Shown: piece after piece, positions 49,954-58,100 of the stretch
How the letters are laid out: each line of letters begins with the position of its first letter
How positions within the stretch are numbered: the stretch's first letter is position 1
DNA from: an uncultured bacterium
GTDB taxonomy: Bacteria > Krumholzibacteriota > Krumholzibacteriia > JAJRXK01
Direction of reading: 5' to 3'
DNA: 64,000 nt
Assembly (NCBI GenBank): GCA_964601275.1
Contig: CAZRMV010000010.1
Location: 70,999 to 134,998 of the forward strand
Made by a program: the position numbers and the translations under genes
The notes under the pieces: generated by a model
What the model was told of the DNA's origin: nothing
Databases searched by the model: none
The model's input: only the letters and a program-made list of their open reading frames with translations

Positions 49954-51045
49954 ATGAACGACCCCGGCTCGGCCCGCAGGGGCCGATCGAAGCTTCTGCT
50001 GATGATCCTCCTGATCCTGATCGGGGGGATGGCATCACTGGTGGGGTTTCCGCACGATGTCGAAGCGGCGGAATCCCCGAGCGCGGAACGCCCGGCCTGG
50101 GTGCTGGTGATCCATGGGGGCGCGGGAACCATCCGTCCGGACAAGATCGACCAGCAAACCGAAGAGGCCTACCGCAGCAAGCTGCGCCAGGTGCTGGCAA
50201 CCGGCGCCGCGGTCCTCGATCGCGGAGGCTCCAGCCTGGACGCGGTCGAGGCGGTCATCCGGGAGATGGAGGATTCCCCGCTCTTCAACGCCGGCAAGGG
50301 AGCGGTCTTCACCGCGGCCGGCACCAACGAGATGGATGCCTCGATCATGGACGGTCGCACGCTGGAGGCCGGGGCGGTGGCGGGCGTGAAGACGGTGCGG
50401 CATCCCATCTCGGCCGCGCGCGCGGTCATGGAGCGTTCACCCCACGTGATGCTCGCCGGCGAGGGGGCGGACAGTTTCGCGGCGGCGGAGGGGCTGGAGA
50501 TCGTCTCGCCCGACTATTTCTGGATCGAACGGCGTTGGAAGGACTATCTGCGCCGGAAGCAGGAGATGGAGGAAGAACGCGGGATGGATGGGGGAGAGGG
50601 CGAAGAGCATGGGACGGTGGGTTGCGTGGCCCTCGATCGCAACGGGAACATCGCCGCCGGCACCTCGACGGGTGGGATGACGATGAAGATGTGGGGGAGG
50701 ATCGGCGATTCACCCATCATCGGCGCGGGAACCTATGCCGACAATGCAAGCTGTGGCGTCTCCTGCACCGGCCACGGCGAGTATTTCATCCGGAACGCGG
50801 TCGCCTACGACATCACCGCACTCATGAAGTACAAGGGGCTTCCGCTCGAACAAGCGGCCCAGAACGTGGTCAATGGCAAGCTGAAGAAGCAGGGGGCGGC
50901 GGGAGGAGTCATCGCACTCGATCGGCAAGGCAATGTCTCCATGGTATTCAATACCCCCGGAATGTATCGCGGTTTCCTCAAGGAGGGAGGCGAACCCAGG
51001 GTTTTCCTCTTCGCCGGTGAAGAAGGTCGTTCCGACGGGAAGTAG
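49954..51045 (+). CDS. iaaA: Isoaspartyl peptidase / L-asparaginase (Ntn hydrolase) with signal peptide
   Basis: VIHGGAG, FNAGKG, EMDASIMDG, GTVG (Thr nucleophile), GTSTGG, GRIGDSPIIGAG, CTGHGE. Confidence 0.93.
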   Translation: MNDPGSARRGRSKLLLMILLILIGGMASLVGFPHDVEAAESPSAERPAWVLVIHGGAGTIRPDKIDQQTEEAYRSKLRQVLATGAAVLDRGGSSLDAVEAVIREMEDSPLFNAGKGAVFTAAGTNEMDASIMDGRTLEAGAVAGVKTVRHPISAARAVMERSPHVMLAGEGADSFAAAEGLEIVSPDYFWIERRWKDYLRRKQEMEEERGMDGGEGEEHGTVGCVALDRNGNIAAGTSTGGMTMKMWGRIGDSPIIGAGTYADNASCGVSCTGHGEYFIRNAVAYDITALMKYKGLPLEQAAQNVVNGKLKKQGAAGGVIALDRQGNVSMVFNTPGMYRGFLKEGGEPRVFLFAGEEGRSDGK

Positions 51046-51074
51046 GAGCGGGTTCTTCCCGATTCGCGGTCTCG

Positions 51075-51104
51075 GTGTGATTCCGGGTGGTTCCAGGTGT
51101 CCAA
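51075..51104 (+). promoter_or_regulatory. Candidate ECF promoter GTGTGATT-N15-TGTCCAA (copy 1)
   Basis: Identical bipartite motif and spacing recur at 55073..55102. Confidence 0.55.
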
Positions 51105-51711
51105 GCGATCGACATCCAATGGCATCCCCTACCGGAGGCTTTCCGAGGAAAGCCTGCTGCATCGAATCCGTGCCGATGCCGACGGAGAGGAGGACCGCCA
51201 AGCGGCCTCGGAGCTGTTGGGACGGTACCGCCGCCAGGTCTATGTCTGGTGTCATCGCTATCTGCGTGATCATGAGCGCGCGCTCGATCTGAGCCAGGAT
51301 GTGCTCCTGGCGGCCTACCGGGCTATCGGACGCTTCGACGGGCGAAGCAGCATCGGCACCTGGCTCTTCGTCATCGCCCGGAACCGGTGTCTGAACGAGA
51401 TCGACCGCCCGCACCTGCTCCGTGATCCCGAGGTCGACCCGGACAGCTGCACCGCACGCGGTGTGGACCCGGAGGACGAGCTGCTGGAAAAGGAGGACGA
51501 GGAGACGATTCTGGCCCTCATCCGCAAACACCTCGACGAGGTGGAACAGACGGCCCTGTGGATGCGGTGCTTCGAACGGATGCCGGTGGATGTCATCACG
51601 CGGGCTCTCGACTTGAAGGAGAAGGGTGGAGCGCGGGTCACCTTGCAACGCGCCCGCCGGAAGCTGCGGAGAGCCCTCGCCGAACGCGATGCCAAGAAGG
51701 ATGCGTCATGA
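51097..51711 (+). CDS. ECF sigma-70 factor
   Basis: ALDLSQDVLLAAY, FDGRSSIGTWLFVIARNRC, region 4 ARVTLQRARRKL; start may be CTG 51154. Confidence 0.9.
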   Translation: MSKRSTSNGIPYRRLSEESLLHRIRADADGEEDRQAASELLGRYRRQVYVWCHRYLRDHERALDLSQDVLLAAYRAIGRFDGRSSIGTWLFVIARNRCLNEIDRPHLLRDPEVDPDSCTARGVDPEDELLEKEDEETILALIRKHLDEVEQTALWMRCFERMPVDVITRALDLKEKGGARVTLQRARRKLRRALAERDAKKDAS

Positions 51712-52346
51712 ACCACCAATGCCTTCCGATGGAAGAACTGGAGAAGATCCCGGCCCTCTCTTCGGACGATCCCCGGCGGATCGACGCGGAACGGTGTCCG
51801 CGGTGCGCAGCCCGGCTGGCCGCCCTGCGGCTCTTCAACGATCTGTCCCGGCCCGCCCCCGGGGCCGACCCAGAAGACGCCGAGCGTCGCCTGAAGGAGT
51901 TGCTGGCTCCCGGCCGCCTGCCGCGAAACGGCCGGCGTCGTATCCTCTCCCGCCGCTGGTGGCTCCTGGTGCCGGCCGCGGCGGTGGTGTTGCTGATGTT
52001 CGTTCTGCCCCGGGACGCTTCCAAGCATGCTTCTCCCCCCGTGTTGCGGGGGGAAACGCAACTTTCCTCCGCGCTCCCCCGGGGCGAAGGTGGTTGGACG
52101 GCCGACGGCAGTCTCGACCTGAGCTGGCCGCCCTTCGACGGCGCGGAGCAGGTGGAGGTGGTGTTCTTTGCCCTGGATCTGGCGGAGATCGCCCGCGTTC
52201 CCGCTCCGGATGGAACCAGTCTCCATCTCGAGGCCGCGGACCTGCCGCCGACGCTGCGGCAGCGGAAGGCCGTTTTCTGGTCGGCGATTGCGATCGGAGA
52301 GGGACATCCGATCGGGCGCACCGCCCGTCAACTCCTGGAACAATGA
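51708..52346 (+). CDS. Putative membrane anti-sigma factor
   Basis: ATGA overlap with sigma; CPRC Zn-like motif, single TM (WWLLVPAAAVVLLMFVL), C-terminal extracytoplasmic domain. Confidence 0.7.
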   Translation: MNHQCLPMEELEKIPALSSDDPRRIDAERCPRCAARLAALRLFNDLSRPAPGADPEDAERRLKELLAPGRLPRNGRRRILSRRWWLLVPAAAVVLLMFVLPRDASKHASPPVLRGETQLSSALPRGEGGWTADGSLDLSWPPFDGAEQVEVVFFALDLAEIARVPAPDGTSLHLEAADLPPTLRQRKAVFWSAIAIGEGHPIGRTARQLLEQ

Positions 52347-55078
52347 GGCGTTCCGGCCGGGTGGACCGTACCGCGCTCAAACTCTTCGGCCTGGCGCTGT
52401 TCTGCGCGGTTCTCGTGGATGGGGCAAGCTTCGCCTCCCCGGCGGGTACATCGAAACCCCGCCAGGATCTGCTGGCCGAAGTGGACAGTCTCTGGACGAA
52501 CGGCTTCCACGATGAGGCCCTGCGGCGGACAGAGCAGATCTGTGGACACGCCCGCGCCCTCGGTGATTCGTCGACCCTGGCCCTGTTCCTGGTCCAGCGG
52601 GGCGCCCAGTTGCTCTCGATGGGGAAGGCTTCCGCCGCCGAACCGCTCTTGAGGGAGGGCCTCAAGATCTCCTCCGCCCTGGGCGACTCCCTTCTCGCTT
52701 GTCGAACCCGCCGGTGGTTGAGTGTGAGCGTGGGTGCGCTCGGCCGTCGCGAAGAGGCGCGGCGGCTCTACGATGAGCTGCTCGGTTGCGCGCGGTCCTT
52801 GGGTCAGAAGGGTCTGCAGGGTTGGGCCCACGTGGGCATGGCCTGGGACGAGGCCCAGCTCGGGGACTATTCCTCATCGGAGCACCATTACGAGGAGGCG
52901 GTGCGGCTGTTCCAGGACGCGGGCGAGATCGATGGACAAGCCTGGGCGCTGAACGGTCTCACCATCGCCCGGCGCAACCAGGGAGACCTCGACGAAGCGC
53001 GCGCCGGATATCAGAGAGCGCTTCAGCTCGCCCATGAGCATGGAGTGGACATGGTGGAGGGCATGGCCTTGAACAACCTGGCCAACCTGGAGTGGACGGT
53101 GGGGGATCCCGGGCGGGCCATGGAAGGTTTTGCCCGGGCGGCCGCCTTCCAATCCAGGAGAGGCCGTTACCGCGAAGCCATCATCCCCCGGATCAACCTC
53201 GCGTACTGCCTGGCCGAACTGGGTGACGTTGTCGCGGCGCGGGACACCCTGCGGGCCTGCCTGGAGGAAAGCCAGGAGCTGTCGGCCCCGGACCTCGAGT
53301 CGATGGCTTGGGAGAGCCTGGGTCGGCTCAGCCTGAAGCAGGGGGAATGGGGCGAGGCGGCGGCACTCTTCCGGAAAGCGCTCCAGAGAGGGGAGGGTCT
53401 CCAGTTCGAGGCGGTTCGGAACAGCCTGCTGGGCCTGAGCACCGCGCTGGCCCGGCGGGACAGCAGCCGGACCGCGCTCGAGGTGCTCGAGATGGGGCAG
53501 AGCTGGTGCCACCTGGGAGGGGAGGTCGCCTTCTGCGCCCGTCTCGAACTGGCCTGGGGTCGGCGACTGCTCGAACTCGAGGAGCTTGTCGAGGCGGCCC
53601 GCCACTTCGAGCGGGCGGACAGCATTGCCGCGGCCGGTGGCGTCCAGCAACTGCGGGTGGCCGCATTGACCTCACTCGCGGAGGACCTGGAGAAACTGGA
53701 CCGTCCCGCGGAAGTCGAGAAGGTTCTCGACCGGGCGGTGGAGGTGTGGGAGGCCGAACGCGGCCTGCCGATGGATCCGGACTGGAGAAGTCTGCGGGGG
53801 GCCCAGGGTCGCCGGCTGTTCACCGACCTGGCGGCGTTCTGGATTCTCCGTCCCCGGGGAGCGGAAAAGGCGTTCGATGTGTTGCAGCGTTACAAGGGGC
53901 GGGGGCTCTTGGAACGCCTGCGGGGCCCCGACGCGACCGGCGACGGTGGGGAGCTGGAGACCGTCGACGCGGCGGACTTGCGCACCAAGGTGCTCCGACC
54001 GGGAGAGATCCTTCTCGACGTGTACCTGGGACCGGAACACTCGGTGTTGTTCGCGGTCGATCGCAAGGAATGTCGCGCCTGGCTCCTGCCGCCGGAAGAC
54101 GACCTGGAACCGCGCATCTCCCGCCTGGGAGAGGAATTGTTCCAGCCCCAGGGAGCGATTCCTCCCGAGCTCTTCGAAGAGATCGCGGCTGCCCTGGCCG
54201 GTGAACTCTTCGGTCCCATCCTCAATGAGCTTCCCTCCTGTTCGAGTGTGCTGTTCTCGCCCGATGGCGTGCTCAATCTCCTGCCCCCCGCGCTGTTCGA
54301 GAAACCCGGTGGGCCCCGTTGGTCCCGCATTCCCTCGGCCGGGGTGCTCGCATTCCTGCGGAACGGCGAGGGTGCGACGGAACGCACCGGTCGGCGGCCG
54401 AGGTCCGAAACCGAGCTGCTGATCCTGTCGGCCGGCCGGCGGTCCGATGGGGTTCTCCTGCCCGGGGCACAACGGGAAGGCCGTTGGCTGGCGGACCACT
54501 TCGCCGGAGTGGAGTTCTTCCAACCCTTGGATCCGACCCGATCCGCCGAGATCCTGCATGTCGCCGCCCACACCATCGCGGACGACCGCCGGCCGTGGCG
54601 GTCTCGCATCGTGCTCGACCAGGGGCCCGATCTCACCGCCCGGAAGTTGATGGAGGAGAAACGCCCCATCCGGCTCGCGGTCCTGGCCAGTTGCGGGTCG
54701 GCCACCGGACGAACCCTCTCGGGGGAAGGGGTCCAGAGCCTCTCCACCGCGCTGCTGGCCGGGGGAGCCGGAGCGGTGGTCGCGACCCTCTGGCCGGTGG
54801 AGGACGAGGCCACCTTCGCATTCATGCGGCGTTTCTACCGCGAGATGGCCGACGGCGTCGCCGCCGGGGAGGCGTTGCACCGGGCCCAGGAGTCCTTCCG
54901 GCGGTCGAGGGACCGGGCCCAACCCTTCTACTGGGCCGCCTTTGTCCTGGAGGGGGAGCCCGGACTCCGGGTCGACCTCCACCGGAAGGCCTCCGGTCTC
55001 CGGTGGCTCCTTCCCGCTGCCATCCTGTTCGTCCTCCTTCTCTACCTTTCGGTGAGGATTCTTCGACGCCGCGTGTGA
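52343..55078 (+). CDS. TPR-CHAT (caspase-like) protease, exported with C-terminal TM
   Basis: Signal peptide; TPRs (AWALNGL, MALNNLANL); FSPDGVL, LHVAAH, VLASC, GEGVQSL, VVATLWPV, PFYWAAFVLEG; C-terminal TM. Confidence 0.9.
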   Translation: MRRSGRVDRTALKLFGLALFCAVLVDGASFASPAGTSKPRQDLLAEVDSLWTNGFHDEALRRTEQICGHARALGDSSTLALFLVQRGAQLLSMGKASAAEPLLREGLKISSALGDSLLACRTRRWLSVSVGALGRREEARRLYDELLGCARSLGQKGLQGWAHVGMAWDEAQLGDYSSSEHHYEEAVRLFQDAGEIDGQAWALNGLTIARRNQGDLDEARAGYQRALQLAHEHGVDMVEGMALNNLANLEWTVGDPGRAMEGFARAAAFQSRRGRYREAIIPRINLAYCLAELGDVVAARDTLRACLEESQELSAPDLESMAWESLGRLSLKQGEWGEAAALFRKALQRGEGLQFEAVRNSLLGLSTALARRDSSRTALEVLEMGQSWCHLGGEVAFCARLELAWGRRLLELEELVEAARHFERADSIAAAGGVQQLRVAALTSLAEDLEKLDRPAEVEKVLDRAVEVWEAERGLPMDPDWRSLRGAQGRRLFTDLAAFWILRPRGAEKAFDVLQRYKGRGLLERLRGPDATGDGGELETVDAADLRTKVLRPGEILLDVYLGPEHSVLFAVDRKECRAWLLPPEDDLEPRISRLGEELFQPQGAIPPELFEEIAAALAGELFGPILNELPSCSSVLFSPDGVLNLLPPALFEKPGGPRWSRIPSAGVLAFLRNGEGATERTGRRPRSETELLILSAGRRSDGVLLPGAQREGRWLADHFAGVEFFQPLDPTRSAEILHVAAHTIADDRRPWRSRIVLDQGPDLTARKLMEEKRPIRLAVLASCGSATGRTLSGEGVQSLSTALLAGGAGAVVATLWPVEDEATFAFMRRFYREMADGVAAGEALHRAQESFRRSRDRAQPFYWAAFVLEGEPGLRVDLHRKASGLRWLLPAAILFVLLLYLSVRILRRRV

Positions 55079-55102
55079 TTTCCCCGCGCCCGGTCTGTCC
55101 AA
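55073..55102 (+). promoter_or_regulatory. Candidate ECF promoter GTGTGATT-N15-TGTCCAA (copy 2)
   Basis: Overlaps the CHAT stop; 75 nt upstream of ATG 55178. Confidence 0.6.
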
Positions 55103-55177
55103 CGAATCGCAGGCGCCCGTCCTGGGGGCTTTCCGCTGATCCTGGATACCTGGCTTACCTATCTCTGGGGGACCATC

Positions 55178-58100
55178 ATGTCACGCACCCGCCATGCTCT
55201 CTGGATTCTGTCCTTTGTCCTGTTCCTGGTGGTCAACGCGCCGGGGGCCCATGCCCAGCAGCTCAGCCCCGAATACTGTGTCGCCAACACCGTTCTTCCC
55301 TGGGGCTACCAGGCCTGGCAATCCCAGAGAACCTGGATGGGAATCGCGGTATCTCCGCAGAACCCCGCCCAGAGCGTCTACCTGGAGGTGTTGCAGGGGA
55401 ACAGCTTCGCCGACACCACCGCCTACTCGCCCCCGGTCGTTTCGACCTATTCCAACGGGACCAACTTCCTGTTGAAGGATTTCGCGACCGCGAGTGATCA
55501 GTGGACCCTGGCCAAGGCCTGGAACCCGGGCTTGGGCAACCTGGGGCACACCGTGGAGTGGGACCCGGGGCAGGGCGCCTTGGTCGCGGGAACGGCGCCC
55601 ACCTACAACTACGGTGGACTGGCCGGCGGATGCGGCATGATCCGGGTGTTCAAGGTCGCGCTCACCGCGGGTGAGACCTACCATTTCCACTTGACCAGCA
55701 CCCAGACCAACGACGATGTGCGCATGGGCCTGTTCTGGTCGGGAAGCCTGCCGGACGGTTGGGTGACGCGGAGCGACGCGCTGTTCGAGAGGCCGGCCGA
55801 TCCCAGCGGTTCCACCGCCTACGAGAGTTTCACCGCCACCCACACCGGAAACCACGCCCTGGTCGTCTTCGTGAACGACCTGACCGCCGCCGGAGGCCAG
55901 TACACGGTTTCCTTCGAGCCATACACGGCCCCGCCGAACCAACCCGATCTCGTGGTGACCTCGATCCTGCCCGTTACGGCGACCCAGGGAACCGTGGTGA
56001 CGGCGACGATCCAGGTGGCGAACCAGGGAACCGCGGACGCTGCCGCATGCGTGACCGAGGTCACCCTCGATGGCTCGGTGACCTGCGCCACCATCACCAC
56101 CCCGGCGCTCGCGGCCGGGACATCGACCTCGATCCAGTGTGTACTGGGGACTCCCGCCTTGGGCGCCCATACCATCGGCGCCACCGTGGACCCCACGAAC
56201 GTGGTGAACGAGGCGGACGAGACCAACAATTTCCACAGCAACACCCTGAACATCCTCAGCCCCTCCCTTCCCGATCTGGTGATCACCCGGGTCATGCCTG
56301 ATACCGCCGTACCCAACCAACCGGTGTGGGTCTCGGTGGTCGTGTACAACAACGGGAGCCTGGACGCCCCGGCGTGCACCACCCTCTACAGCGTAGACAA
56401 CGGAGCGGTCACCGTATCGATCGCCACCCCCGCCATTCCAGCAGGGGGGAACACCATCGTCAGCGACTTCCTGCCCGCCCTTTCCGAGGGAACGCACGCG
56501 GTGGTGGCCACGGTCGACAACGGGAACGTTGTGACCGAGGCGAACGAGTCGAACAACAGCCTGGCCCACACCATCGTGGCCCAGGGGCCCAACCTGGTGA
56601 TCGATTCGATCTCTCCGACCACGGTCTACGGAAATGCCGCGCCGAACTTCCAGATCGTCGTCAAGAACACCGGGACGGTGGACACCGGGGATACCTATAC
56701 GCGACTGCAGGTCGATGGGGCGGACGAATGCACATCCATCGCCACCGGTCCCGTCCCGGCCGGAGGAACCCTCACCGTCACCTGTCCCGGATCGACGCTC
56801 ACCCCGGGGACCCATACGGTGACCGCGATCGCAGATGTCAGCCGCCGGGAACTGGAGAGCGATGAAACCGACAACACCCTGACGGTCACCGTGGAGATGA
56901 TTCCCACCTCCACCGTCGTCTATGCGGACGGGTCAGGCTACTACGCCACCATCCAGGAGGCGATCGACGCCATGCCGGCCGGCGGGGAGATCCTGCTGGT
57001 GGGCGGCACCGTCTACAGCGGGCCGGGCAATCGCGATCTCGATTTCGGTGGCAAGGACCTGTCGATCGTCGCGGCCTTCGGAGGCGGCGCGACCATCGAC
57101 TGTGGAGGCGATCCCGCCCAGGCGCACCGGGCCTTCAATTTCCATTCCGGCGAGACCAACGCCGCGAGGGTTCAGGGCCTCATCATCATCAATGGATGGT
57201 ACGAATACGGGGCGGGGGGTGGCATTCTCATCACCGACGCCGAACCGACGATCCAGGATTGCCTCATCCGCAACTGCACGGCCGACGTGGGCGGCGCGCT
57301 GGCGTTCTCGTCATCGGCCAGCTACTACCATCCCCAGATCGTGGGATGTACGATCGTGGGCAACCACGGGAATACCCTTGCTGCCGCGGTCTACCTGGAG
57401 AAGAACAGCGCACCGGTGTTCACCCGTTGCCTGATCACCGGCAACAGCAGCTACTACGGCCCGGTGTCCTGCGACCCCTACCTCGGAACTCCCCAACCCG
57501 TATTCACCTGCAGCGACATCTGGGGGAACAACGGAGGGGATTGGACCGACTGCATCAGCGGACAACTGGGTGTGGACAACAATTTCAGCCAGGACCCCCT
57601 GTTCTGCGACCCGGCCAACAACGTCTATACCCTGGCGTCGAACTCGCCCTGCTCCTCAACGGTGAACGGCACCTGTAGCCGGATCGGGGCCTACGACGCC
57701 GCGTGCGGCCCGCTGGGGGGCACCATTCGTCATGTGAAGGCGGACGGTAGCGGCGAGTACCTCACCATACAGCACGCGATCAACAACAGCGTTGACGGAG
57801 ATATCATCGAACTGGCCGATGGGGTCTACGTCGGCACCGGAAACACCGACGTCAATACCCTGGGACTGAAGATCGTGATCCGGTCCGCGAGCGGCGACTC
57901 GTCCGCCTGCCGCATCGACGCCCAGAATGCCCACCGGGGTTTCGTCTTCGACCACGGGGAGACCCCCGAGACCACGATCCAGGGGATCGGGGTGGTCAAC
58001 GGATCGAACGCGAACGGGGCCGCGATCTACTGCCAGGGTTCGTCTCCCACGCTCCTGAATCTCTATCTTTCCGGCAACAACGCATCCGGCGACGGCGGCG

